Source: Nageia nagi | Lineage: Eukaryota > Plantae > Pinophyta | Assembly (NCBI GenBank): GCA_050084985.1 | Contig: JBITNC010000002.1 | Coordinates: 6,820,001 to 6,884,000, forward strand | Reading direction: 5' to 3' | DNA length: 64,000 bases | Shown here: positions 1-13,149 of the stretch, one piece after another | How positions within the stretch are numbered: the first letter of the stretch is position 1 | Layout: each line of letters opens with the position of its first letter | Translations under genes and position numbers: made by a program | The notes under the pieces: generated by a model | Seen by the model: the letters and a program-made list of their open reading frames with translations, nothing else | What the model was told of the DNA's origin: nothing | The model's database searches: none

Positions 1-445
1 CGATTACAGTGTTTGAACAGAGCACTTATTTGGGTTTAGGGTTCTAGTTTTAAGACTCACAATATTTGAATTCAGGTGATTAGTGATTACAGTGTTTGAA
101 CAGAGTACTTATCTGGGTTTAGGGTTCTAGTTTTAAGACTCACAATTTGTGAATTTAGGGGCTTAGTGATAACAGTGTTTGAACAGAATACTTATTTGGG
201 TTTAGTGTTCTTGTTTTATGACTCACAATATTTGAATTCAGGGTCATAGTGATTACTGTGTTTGAACAGAGCACTTATTTGGGTTTAGGGAAGACTCACA
301 ATATTTGAGTTCAGTGGATTAGTGATTACACTGTTTGAACAGAGCACCTATTTGGGTTTATGGTTCTAGTTTTAAGACTCGTAATATTTGAATTCAGGGG
401 CCCACTGATTACAGTGTTTGACTTTGAACAAAGTACTTATTTCTT
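1..445. repeat. 83-bp tandem minisatellite, array 1 (about 5.5 units, truncated by window start)
   Basis: GATTACAGTGTTTGAACAG-like unit starts at 2, 85, 168, 251, 324 (10-bp deletion) and 407; units contain GGGTTTAGGG. Confidence 0.95.
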
Positions 446-974
446 TTGCAGAGTGTTTTAAGAGTTGTTTTTTTTTTTATTGTGAATATGTGTTTGTGGA
501 GTTCAAAGGTGTGGTTTTCTGTTACTTGAGTATAGGTTTCATACACATCATATTTTTGAATTTCCTCTTCTCGTCCTCTTCTTGATTTGCCTTACCATTT
601 ACATCAAGGGCCCTAGGCTCTTTATTGGAATCAGGTTTCGTAGTGTGCTCTGAATTGGGTAGTTGCTCTTTTTAAAAGATGTTCTCTGAATTGGGTAGTT
701 TAAACAAGGCAACTATCTGATTTTGGGCTAAATTGTCATATTTTGTACGTTTGATTCTATAAAACAATGCTTTTCTAGTTTGTAAGTCTCCACCACTAAC
801 TCTTCAATTGTATGTCAATAAGAATCTTGTTATAGGTGTTTATGAATCCCTGCACTGTCCTATTTCCTAGGTTTTTAAGATGTAAATACGGTCTTTTCGT
901 TTTGGGGTCTTTCGTAAAATGGCCATCTTTGCGTTGGTTGTATAATACATGTTTTTAAGAATTAAAATTCAACT

Positions 975-1490
975 CTTCTGGGATTTAGGGTTCTAGTTTT
1001 AAGACTCAAAATATTTGAATTCAGGGTATTATTGATTACAGTGTTTGAAGTTTGAACAGAATACTTGTATGGGTTTAGGGTTCCAGTTTAAAGACTTACA
1101 ATATTTGAATTCAGGGATTAGTGATTACAGTGTTTGAACAGAGTACTTATTTGGGTTTTGGATTCTAGTTTTAATACTCATAATTTGTGAATTCAGGGGC
1201 TTAGTGATTACAGTGTTTGAAGAGAGTACTTATTTGGGTGAAGGTTCTTGTTTTAAGACTCACACTATTTGAATTCAGGGGCTTAGTGATGACAGTGTTT
1301 GAACAGAGCACTTATTTGGGTTTAAGGTTCTAGTTTTAAGACTTGTTATATTTGAGTTCAGTGTATTAGTGATTACAGTGTTTGAACAGAGCACTTATTT
1401 GGGTTTAGGGTTTTAGTTTTAAGACTCACAATATTTGAATTCAGGAGCTTAGCGATTTCAGTATTTTGAACAAAGTACTTAATTCTTTTG
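975..1490. repeat. 83-bp tandem minisatellite, array 2 (about 6 units)
   Basis: Same unit as array 1; followed by the same unique tail (1490-1910 resembles 450-780), giving a higher-order repeat of about 1.04 kb. Confidence 0.93.
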
Positions 1491-1639
1491 CAGAGTTTTG
1501 TAAGAGTTATTTTTTTCTGTCGTGAATATGTGTTTGTGAGGTTCAAAGGTGTGGTTTTCTGTTACTTGGGCATAGATTTCATGCACATCATATTTTTGAA
1601 ATTCCTCTCCACGTCTTCTTCTTGATTTGCCTTCCCATT

Positions 1640-4600
1640 TACATCAAGGGCCCTAGGCTCTTTATTGGAATCGGGTTTCGTAGTGTGCTCTGGATCGGGT
1701 AGTTGCTCTTTTTAAACTATGTGAAAAAAGACACCCTTATAATGACAAGGGACCATAAATCAAGGTTAACCTCCTTTTGGATGTAGGATTTATGGTCCCT
1801 TATCATTCTAAGGTATCTTTTTTCACATAGTTTAAACAGGACAATATTCTGATTCTGGGCTAAATTATCATATTTTGTTCGTTTGATTGTATAAAACAAT
1901 ACTTTTCTATTTTTTGATATTGAGTTTTTGAAATGGCAATTTCTGTCCGTTTTCTTAGGGTTTTAAAGTAGTAACTCTGTTTTCTTTCCTGTTGAATTTC
2001 CATTATATCTTGAGGTCAATGGAGAGGATTTAGTGTTTTTTTTTTAATTTTTTGGCTTAAATTTTATTGGACAGCAATTTTTGCTTTGTTAGGAATAAGG
2101 CTTTATATATTCTAAAAGGACAATTTCTGCTTCATTAAAGAGTGGGGTTTTTGGGTTCGTGAAACAGAAATTTCTCATTTTCTTTCTTTATTTGTAACTT
2201 TGTTTTGTTTTAATGTTTCCTCTCTAGCTTCATTTCAGTCATGTTTGTACATGGTTGACATCTAGAGATTTCTTTTCCAGGTCATGTGTCAAATTTTAAG
2301 GTTTGCATTTTTATGATCAGAGTTTGTTGTTGAGAAGGGTTGTAGGTTCAACATGTTCTTAGGTTCAGCATGTTCTTGTAGTATCTATTTTTTCAAATTT
2401 ATTGAAGTGTTTTAAGGGTACATTTTCATTTTGTTCTGTGCAATGTTTCTATGTTTCTTTTCCTTTTCCGAATCGCAAGGTTGTATTTTGATGCCTTATT
2501 GTAGCTGTGCTCGACAGATTTTTTGTTTATTCCTGAGGATTAGGGTTTGCATAATATTAAGTTTTTACCAGTTCTCAGTTTTGACTTTCATCTTCATTTT
2601 TATTAAGCTTTTGCATCATTCAAGATCAGGAATGAGTTTTTGTGGGACTAGATATTAGCAAATGATCTGCAGCATAGTTCGTAATTGCTTATTTGGCCAA
2701 TAATCATGTGGGTCAATCCAGAGATTAATCTGCGATTCAGCAATTATGTGGCAAAAAAATGAGCAAAAAACTGATTTTGGATCAAACAAATCATGTTTTT
2801 TTGCATTAAAATGAAAAAACACACAGTATTTAGGTCATCAAAACACATAACAAACAGTTTACTACAAAATGTGGAAAATTATTTGGCAAAACATTTATGA
2901 AAAAATGTCTGATACTAAATAAAGGACAGCATATTTTTTCATTAAAAATGAAAAATACACAGTGATTTTATCGTCAAAATACATAGCAAAATGTTAATTA
3001 CAAACACATCAATTATGTGCCCTTTCTTTTCCGTTTTCTCTTTGTTGCTGATGTGGATGTTTGTGCTGTCCTTGGTTCCAAGGTCATGTGCTATCTCCCT
3101 CTCAATGTGTTCAAAATCCTGCTCTTTAAAATGATATTCACTTGGTGCCATATTTTTCTTTTCAAGTTCCATGATCCATTCATAAGAGGGATCAATATCA
3201 TCCAAATTGATCACATCTTGATCAGCTCCATCTATTTGTTTGTGACGGAGCATGAGATTGTAATGCATTCACAGCTGTAGGTAAGTCATTCAGCTGTTGT
3301 TGAACCAACCTGTTCTGCCTTTTGGAGTGTATGTATTTAAATATATTCCAAGGACTTCCATCATATAGCTGAAAATTGACAAAAAAAAATTCTATATTAA
3401 GAGACAGTCACATTTTAGAAAAGTTGAAACATAAATAAAAATAAAATAAATGTCACCTGGATTTTCAGTTGCATGTGACCTGATTAATTCTATACTTGAG
3501 AGAAGATAATGTTTGTAAATCTGTAGCTCTCTTTGTATTTGCATTATTTTTTCTTAAATTTGGAGCATTCTTTCAAGACAAACATAAAGCTTGAAACTTC
3601 ACCATCGACTACAACTGACGAGTCATAAAAATATCTAGGATTAAGATAGTAGCTTGCTGCAAGAACCCTAGGCCCAATGATGCTAGTAACCTTCTTATTG
3701 GACTCAAGTTTTGTAGTGTTCAATGTTAACCATTTTTTGCATGTAGGATTTACGGTCCCATTATAAGGGTATCTTTTTCACATAGTTTAAAAAGTGCAAC
3801 TATCTGATTCTGGGCTAAAGTGTTATATGTTGTTCGTTTGATTGTCTAAAGAAATGCTTTTCTAGTTTTGATATCAAGTTTTTGAAATGGAAATTTTGGT
3901 CATTTTTTAGGGTTTACAGGGTTTTGAAGTAGCAGCTCTACTTTTTTTTCCTGTTGAATTTCCATTATATCTTGAGCACAATTAACAGAATTTGGTGCTC
4001 TGTTGCATAATTTTATACATTGTATAGTTTTAGGATTTTGTCTTCTTCTGACACCTCAAGGGCAGTTTTCTCTTTTATAAGAGATCATTTTTTTCCGTGG
4101 AAGAAAGGTCAATCTTTTCTCTGGTGGGCTCATAATTTGAATGGTTTTTAAAGAGGATTGAATGGACAGCAGTTGTTGCTTTGTTAGGGATAAGGCTTCG
4201 TATGTTCCAAAAGGACAATTTCTGCTGCATCGAAGAGTGAGGTTTTTGGGTTCTTAAAACCATGGAATGAAAACTTGCGGGTAATCGTGATTAATTGTTA
4301 ATTACTTATCAGAAAAAGTAGAATCACCCAAAAATTGCATATTCTGAAATATGTGATTTTTATTGATTTTTAGGTGATTAATCATGCTGGCGATTAATTA
4401 CTGAAATGTACATCTCAACATGATTAATCATATATGATGATTTTATGGTTGTGGGTTTCAGTGTGTGCATGATTCTGCAATGTTTGCAAACTATCCCGCT
4501 ATATTCTGAAATCTGTAGCTCTAACATATGTCGATTCGGACTGAATTACATAGTTTTTCATTTAGTCATAGTGCTTACTTGGTCTGCTGGAACTCATTTG

Positions 4601-5790
4601 GAGATTGGAATTGCTGTGCCTAAATGTTTGTTTCTGAGTTTTGTTAGGTTCTTCTGTTGGCTGAAAATGCCTGTTGCAGGCTTTGCTGGTCGTCTTGCTC
4701 ACTGTCATCCTAAATTTCCTTAGGATTTGGCTCAGGATTCGTGCTAGAGTCAAATCATCTTCAGTTTGTCAAACTCCTTTTAATTCAAATCACTACCTTT
4801 TTATCCCATGAATGATTCAATTAGTATTGTTTCTTCTTATATAAGAAAGAGTTTACATGTATAATCTTTAATTATTATTCTAAGATCTATTCTAGCCTAT
4901 TATATAGGATTTAGTGATGATGGTATGATTGATAAGTTGGTTTTATATGAATTTTTTTGAATGAAAGGTATTCTCTAGTTATAATTCAGAAACAGCATTA
5001 TGTTGTTTTTTATGTATTTGTAATTTTGTTTTGTTATTATGTTTCCTCTCTGGCCGCATTTATGCTGCATCGTTGATAATCCCCAAATCAAGCCAAAAGA
5101 TTATTGGCCGAATACACATTTTCAAACCTTGCTTAAAACAGCATTATGTTGTTTTTTATTTATTTGTAATTTTCTTTTGTTATTATGTTTCCTCTGTGGC
5201 TGCATTTCAATCATGTTTGTACATGGTGAAGATCTTTGATGTTCAAATGTAATTAAAAAATTTGTGTTGATCATAGAATTTTAACACTTGTGTATGCCAT
5301 TTGTTTTGCTGTTGACATTTAGAGATTTCATTCCCAGGGCATGTATTATATTTTATTTGGGTGTTTTGTTTGTAAGTTGGAGAGCTCATACGTTTTATTG
5401 TGCCAGGGTTTATAGCATTGAGGGCAATTTTACCTTTTAGGGTTTATAGCATTTCGAGTGTTTTGCAATTTAAGTTTAGAATGTTTATGATCACAATTTG
5501 ATGTTGAAAAGGGCAGGTTCAGCTTGTTCTTGTAGTACCGTTTTTTTTAATTATTTAAATGTGTAAGGGTACATTTTCATTTTGTTCGGTGCAATGTTTT
5601 TAGGTTTCTTAAGCTTTTCCTTTTCCTGATCTTAAGGTTGTATTTCGATGCCTTATTGTACCTGTGCTTGACAGTTTTTAAACTTTTTTTGTTTATTCCT
5701 GAGGATTAGAGTTTATATATTATTAAGGTTTTTCGAGTTCTCAGTTTTGACTTTCATCTTAGTTTTTATTAAGCTTTTGCATTGCTGTTT
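1640..5790. repeat. Local segmental duplication blocks
   Basis: About 1650-2160 recurs at about 3690-4260 (ATAAGGCTT..AAAGGACAATTTCTGC..GGGTTC); about 2240-2620 recurs at about 5210-5790; 4990-5045 recurs at 5135-5195. Confidence 0.8.
3050..3685 (-). pseudogene. hAT-family transposase C-terminal relic (dimerisation domain)
   Basis: Minus strand reads LAASYYLNPRYFY (about 3625-3665), WNIFKYIHSKRQNRLVQQQLNDL (about 3280-3350) and, after a frameshift, HYNLMLR...DVINLDDID; matches hAT motifs HAAGYYLNP and NWS.FE.IHSKKRNRL..KRLNDLVYVHYNL. Confidence 0.85.
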
Positions 5791-8700
5791 GGCTTTATGA
5801 TAGCAAATAGTCTGCAGTATTTCAAGTCATGCTGTTTGGGTTTATGATACTAATTTTACATATATTTCTTGTGGGCTCCTGCTTTATCCTTAAATTGTTT
5901 ATACCGCTTTTAGCGTAGTCAATGTCATAATGTCATTCTGTATGTCACACTAACATAGACATTAGTTCATGATCTGTGGTATACTTAATTTTGGGTTACA
6001 CAAGAATGTCGAAATTGCCATATGAGTTGCAGTTAAAACTAAATTTTTAGTCATACTGTTCAGCTTTATAATGCTAGGGTTCTACGATTCCTTCCATTAA
6101 GTCCCATCTTTAATGCATTGAAGTTCAATAATGGCATTCTTTTGTGTGACACACAAGAATACAGAGTTTTGGTCACCGTATATGGCTGAAGTGCTTATAG
6201 CCATTTAAGATAGGCACATAGCATTTCTAATTCATATGAATATCAGTAAAAATTGAATGGAAAATCAGTTTGAATTTTTTCAGTGAGCATTCTTATAAGG
6301 TATATGTTTTCTAATTTTAAATATGACATTTGAATTCAAATGAATGTCTTAAAATTATTTTCTGAATTATATATATTTTCTAATTGCATTGGATTTTGCT
6401 GGGATTTTCTGGAAATTGCAGTTGTTACGTACTTGAGTAAAGATGATGCCCAAGATGAAGAATGGAGCATGAGGCTTGGATGGCTTTTCTTAAAAAAGCA
6501 AATTAATAGGTGTTTAAGACATAATGCACCTTGTTTGTGTCTGTGTAAAGGTTTGTAAGGAGCTTGTGCTCACTGTAATTACATTCTGGTTCAACTTCAG
6601 ACAATGTAATTTGGATTTGTTTACACTGTACATTCTGTTCAAATGAGCAGCGTTTATGGCTTATGAAGTATAAGTCTTTTATGTGGTATTTGTTTTATGA
6701 TGCTTAGTTATTAATTGTATACTTCTAATACAACTGGATTACATGCATCTGTTTATGAAGGATTATGCAAAAAAATGTTTTTCATAGCAGTGTAGCTGTT
6801 TGAAATTTCAACTGTAACTTCAGTAGCAGAATGTAATCTAATTGTAAAATATCTTGTGCTTGTTGTTTTAACAGCTTTTACCTCTGTTACTTATCACGGC
6901 TATTTTTTCAGATCGTGTCTTGTGCTTATTGCTTCAAAGCTTTTAGAGCTGTTACTTGTTAGGGCATAAGTTTCATAAAATCTGAATCATGTTATTGTAC
7001 AACGTGTATGATCCCCAAAATTGCATTTTGTACTATTACTCATGTTTTTAGGTTTTTATCCATTTGAAATTTGAATGGCCTTCTTGTTCCTAGGATATTA
7101 CAATCCAACTCCCAGAGTAGCTACATTCTGTGGTTTTATAATTTTATTTGCGAATACCAAATTCAAGCAAAGTGGTTGCTGCAGATAATGGATAGCTTGT
7201 GTGGGAAACATTAGTTAAAAAGATGATTCATCTCCAAGATCAGGTAATATTTAATATTCCTTGGTTTTATTAGTAGCAAACATTTAACATATTAGTTATC
7301 TGTAGGTGTAGATACTTAATTTGTGTTTTGTATTTATCAAAATACATTAATTTCTCAAAATGTTAGTGGTACATACAAAGGTACAATTTTGTAATATCAA
7401 GACAATATTTTTCTAATGCTGTATGTTGGCCAAATTATTAGCATTTTTTAACCATATAAAAGGCACCTTCAAGGTGCGCCTTACAGACATGTGAAAAACC
7501 ATATCAAGATTAGTACTATCCATGTTCATCATTTCAATTGTATATCATTCTTTATCTATTTTCATTATTGTAAACATGATTTGAGTATTGTTTTAATAAT
7601 CTTTATGTGTTTACAGGAGGTAACTCTAAATTTGATAAAGCTGATTCAACTAACGGAATAGATTCACTCCTTAAGGCCCTTGATTGTAACCTAATGAATA
7701 CATTACGGAAATTGTTTTTTGGGTTTTTGCTTTTCAAAATATGGAGCACTTAAATTTTGCATGTAATAATAAGTTGGATGGTGATAACATACAGCAAGCA
7801 AAAACAAAAATGTAAATCAAGAATAACAACCATATTCAATCCAAATTGATCCAAACAAATTTTTGAAACAACAATTTTTGAAAATCTCTCTTATACGAAT
7901 TGATATGATTCACCGATTTGGATTAATCCTTTCGGCCTTCCATGGTTCCTTTCAAAAGGGAAATCATACCAAGATTCGTTTTGGGGCCATGGAACCCCTC
8001 TGCGTGGCAGCTGCCTATCTCAGTAAAGGTATAGCATGCCACCATGTTTATTCATACTTTTCCACGACAATGCATCTACACTGCTTCAGAAACTCTTATA
8101 TGTGCAGTAGACGCCTCCTATGGTTGTCACTTCCTTGTCCTTTGACACTATGCATTATTGGTATGAGGGAAAAGGGGAAAAGAAGATCAGATTTCAGCTA
8201 AAGTTTAATATATGAGTCGAACTGGTGCCAATGTCGCTATCCATTCATTGACAGGCCCATGAGTCCCTTGAAACCTTAGGGAGCAAGAGACTTACAAGGA
8301 TACCGAAATTCCAAGGACGAGAGGCGATTCAGACATAGAATGGCAGGAAAAGTTAATGATGGAATGGAGTTCAAAACAAGTATATTCTATAGGTTTTGTA
8401 TTATTGGAGATTCGATTCTTAATATATAACGACATAAAGGGTTTGTCTTTTTAGTGCCAAATAATGGTCAATAATTAAAATAAAAAAAATTGCCTCAATA
8501 ATTTATGGTTTTCATTGCAAATGAAATTGAGCAATTAAAACAATGTTTATAATTTACAATCTAATGTCAATGATTTTGATAGTTATGTTTTGAAGTTTAA
8601 AATAATAAGTTATTTATGTATGATTAAAAATTGCAGTAAGATTAAATTGTAGGATATATAAATTTAGATATTATTAAATACATAAATTTAAAATAGTTGA

Positions 8701-10059
8701 GAAATATCAATCTTAAGGTGTTATATCTCTTTTTTGTTTGGAGGAGTGATTTCCAAGACAGATGTCTTGAAATTGATATGTAATGTCTCAAATTAAGAAA
8801 ATTTTAAAATTATTGGAAATTATCAAATTCCAAACATTGAAAATTTTATTTGAGAAAAAGAAAATCAAATGTTATATTAATAGAGTTTAAAAATACACAA
8901 CAAACTTAGTACAATAGCTCAAAGGGTTGGGTGTTTGGCCCATAGGATCAAATCTAGTAAGTACAACCTCTGAAATCGTTCCAAGATGGGCTCTACGGTT
9001 GAACGAACCCTTGCAAGCTTTAACCAACTAGATTTGACACTCCACAATATGTTGCCACACTCAATGAAGTTGAATCAACCTCCACAAGGTTGGACAACAT
9101 TGCAAAATGACCTCCAAGTTAGGTTGCTCCACTCCCAAAAGTTGGAGCTTCATGTGTGAATGACAAATAAATGGGACGCTCCATGTGAGAATGACAAATA
9201 AGGGGGATGCTCCATGTGAGAATGATTGGGCTGTCCTCCTCAAGCGTCAAAGCTCCTCCTTGGGGCCATGAACCATCAAGTAAGCTCCAATATGTCTTAG
9301 ATCCTCCATGTCATGCACCAACTCATCAAAACCACTCCACATCTTCCCCAAATGTGGGATGCACCAACAAGAATATGACATATCATCTTCAAAGCATTTC
9401 ATATGGAAATGAAGCAACAAAAGGGACATTACATGATACCTCCTAGCGTTTATATATGTATACACACAAAACGTTGAAATATCAATTTTGACGCACCTAT
9501 CTTAAATATTTTATACATTATATAAATATTATTAAATAAAATTATAAATAAAGATGTAATAAATATCATACAAAGATATTATTTATATATATTAATTATG
9601 GATTAATTTCAATCTATGTATACAAATATTATAGTTGTGGATCAATTTCAACCATTGGATTATTGTTAAACATTGGACAAATACAATAGTGGTTGTAGAA
9701 CACCTCTTAATGTAATAAATTCTCCATATTGGATATATTTGATCTTTGTAAAGATAAACACTAAACCAAAAATTACCTTTGACAATGACCAATTTGAGAC
9801 AGCTTTAAGGGGTGGATGTAAGTTGCCACTATATGTGGTTTTGGTAGCGGGTTTTATGGGGCAGTTTTCACCCTCCACCATAAATCAAAAGGTGGAAGGT
9901 AAAAATCACCCCTTAATCTCACCCAGACAAAATTAAAGAAAAAGCCCATGTGGTAACCTTATATGGGCTATTTTTATTTTCGAGGGGTAGACCTAGGACT
10001 GTTGCAGCATTTGAAGAGAGGAGAGGAGGAGAGGGAGAAGAGGTTTGGCAGTAGAAGTA

Positions 10060-11249
10060 CTGTCAAACATAATATCATTTTTTGCATCAATTATAACGTC
10101 TTTTAGTGCATCATGTATCAATGTTTTGAGCATCAAACAACTAATGTTATAAATGTCAAGTGATATTCGTCAAATCTATATTTTAGTGATACATCAAATA
10201 AAGCGTCTAGCGTTGCGTCACGTATAGCATCAAAATAACATGGGAAAGGTGAATTGATCTAGTTAGACTACTGCTGCTATTTTTTGCATTTGACAAAACA
10301 ATGTCAATGCCTGTCAATGAAAGGTATGTCTTTGGTAACTTAAAATTATGATATTCCATGGGGAGATGTCTTGTTTGCATCATGCATCTTGTCAAACAAT
10401 TCACATGCCTTCTCTACCAGGGCACTCACAACCACAACATTTGATAGAAAACCACTTTTGAAGAGTCTTTGATGTATGTATAAACCCAATTGCAAATTTC
10501 CCAATTTTATCTATGCGACTAGAATAATGAGAAAGGTGAATTGATTTAATTGGACTACTGTTGTTGTTTGTTGCATTTGGTCAAAGTGTCAATGGCTATC
10601 TTTGGTAGCCCTTGCAACCTTGCATTGCTAATCATAGAATCTCATTAGTTACCTACCAAAATGATAATTTCCACATCAATATGAATATCACTATCACAAA
10701 ACGCTCTCAACATGGGCAACTGAAGCATGCAATGCACATTTTGCTTACTACAAAATGCATATACACACTACTCTCAACATTCTTCAACATGTCTTTAGCT
10801 TCTATAGACCTTCATCACCAACAATGCCCCTGTAGAGGGGAAGCTCCATCATTCACTCATCAATGGCATCTTTGATTTTTCCACCATTCAAAATCGACCT
10901 TCAATCAAGGGAATGCATCGACGGTTGAGAGCAGATCATGCCATGATCTGTGTGCATGATTCACACCTTTTTTTCTATTTTTTTACTTTGATGCATTATT
11001 TGATTTAGTTATTACGTCAACCAATACATCAATCTGTACATCAACCAATACATCGATCCATGAATCAGTCAATACATCAATTCATGCATCAATCAATATT
11101 GCAATCCATGAGTCAATCAATACGCCAAAAAAATTGGTTGGACATAGATTAACGTAGACATGTCAGACGATGATGGATCTTGCATCATGGCATCAAAATG
11201 CAATTATTTGACATATGGTATGACATGAATTCGATAAATTATAGTAGTG
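10060..11249. mobile_element. Possible degraded CACTA-type non-autonomous fragment
   Basis: Right end TATAGTAGTG (reverse complement CACTACTATA) ending at 11249; CATCAA/GACG-rich subterminal-like repeats at 10075-10235 and 10990-11220; no convincing left TIR or TSD. Confidence 0.35.
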
Positions 11250-11289
11250 ATAGGAACTTCTAGTTCTTATTTTTTCCACTTCATCAGGA

Positions 11290-12450
11290 TGAACACTTTC
11301 AAGTGTTTTGGAGAGCTATTTTGGAATCCTCTGAGATGATTTAGGTTGGTCAACTGGATGAGGAGGTTCTACATTTCATCAAGACTCAATCTACCAATCC
11401 ATGAAATCATATCATCCAATTGAACACCTATTTTTGACTCCAATGATTTGGAAGAATGTAGAGGATGGGTTGCTTGCTCTTTAGGAACAAGTGGTAGAAA
11501 TTCAATATTTTGATCCAATATAGGGATCCCTCTCTTCAAGATTTCTAATCTCATAATATGTTTCAAGAAAGTGTTTTCCATGGGAAAACTTATTTAGATG
11601 ATCAAGCTTCTGCTCAACAATCATGTCACTCTTCAAACATTCAAGAAAAAATATATCCTTTGATTACATGTTGGAAAAGATATGCTTTGAATTCATTTGA
11701 AGTATACTCCTTCCCATTAGAATGAAGTGTTCCAATATAGGTATTTGCTCCTTTTTCTATGTTAACATGAAATTCTTTGAATTTTTGAAATGCATTATAC
11801 TTATTCTTCAATAAGTACACCCAACACATCCTATTATAATCAAATGGTACAAGAAAGGGTCCACACAAATAAGAGTGGATGAGTTCAAGCTTTCTACATG
11901 ATCTCCATTTTGAATCAATGAAATGTTTCTTATGGTGCTTGCCTAAGATATATGCTTCATAAGGTTTCATGTTCTTAGTAATTATATGAAAACCATTAAT
12001 ACCAAGCCTCTTCATTAAATGAAGGTTATCATAATTAAGGTGCCCAAATCTAGCATGCCATAAAAGACTAAATGAAAGTGTATTTTTTTCTTGATGGGTG
12101 AGAAATGCAAAATTATTCGATTGAACAAAAATTCCTTTTAGCTTCTCATTGGCCATTTCATTCATCACAATTTTATTGTTGGAATATCTCCTTATCTCCA
12201 CCTTACCATCTAACATGTGAATAAAATACCCTTATTGATGGATTATGACTAAAGAAAGCACGTTCCTCCTCAATTTTGGAAGGTAGATAACATCATAAAG
12301 AATAACATTTAAAATCTTGGTAATTTGAGTCTTATAGTGCTAATCACTAAAGGTCTTAACTCTAGATCTGTCAACAAGGTATACTACCCCATCAATGTTA
12401 TCATTCAACTCCTTAAAGAAGTCTCTCCTAAATCTTATGTGGCATGAATT
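11290..12450 (-). pseudogene. Ty1/Copia pol relic (protease, GAG-pre-integrase, integrase)
   Basis: ORF 11641-12216: LWHARFGHLN, LGKHHKKHF, LELIHSYLCGP, WVYLLKNK, GKEYTSNEF. Confidence 0.9.
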
Positions 12451-13149
12451 ATCAATATCATATTAGAAAAAATATATTAATTAATAAATAGCTACATTAA
12501 GTATCTATGAAATATTAATAAATATCATATAAACATGATTAAAATTAGTTTATTAATATTAGGGGTTCTACTCTATAAAGATTTATATACAAGAAGTTAA
12601 CTCCCAAACATTATTGTGTATAAACCTATTTTCTCATTAATGAAATCATTTGATTTGTTCTCTTATTTTCAATATTGTATCAAAACAGGTTTAGTTTTCC
12701 TTCTCTCCATAATCTGCCTAGTGAAGTTATGGTGCTATCCATAACCTAAGAATTATTGGGCTAGAGAATGGAAAAACTTGTAGATCTATGAAACATAACC
12801 ATTCAATGTTCATGAGATTAAGTAGTTGTTTAAAGAAATGGGAGAACACTAATCATTCATAAGTTTGTTTTTAAATGAGTGATATGACATTGCATAAAAC
12901 CTCCTTACCCTCCCTTCTTGAGAAAGTTATGTGAGAATGATATTCATATCATTTTGATAAATATAGTAGGCTCAACAAAGAATCCCACTTACAACCCAGT
13001 CAAACTGCCAGCATAGTCTCCCAACAAGCCCAATATCCTCTTAAATAGAATAGAAGGTTTACTAACTTGTTGAACACCTCTGATAGTTATTATAGCAAAA
13101 ATAGGTGTCAATTCTAGAGTATCATGCTGGTGCTTGTTTGAGCCCATAA

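Noticed and set aside
1-1490. CRISPR-like regular repeats
   Set aside because: Whole units repeat with no unique spacers, context is eukaryotic and there are no cas genes
8905-8965. tRNA/SINE-like TAGCTCAA...GGATCAAATC
   Set aside because: Too degenerate; no cloverleaf, tail or TSD. The same applies to 49010-49030, 58582-58600 and 51345-51410
12460-12960. Possible TRIM (PBS-like TTGTATCAAAAC at about 12675)
   Set aside because: No matching second LTR found; at most an LTR/PBS fragment
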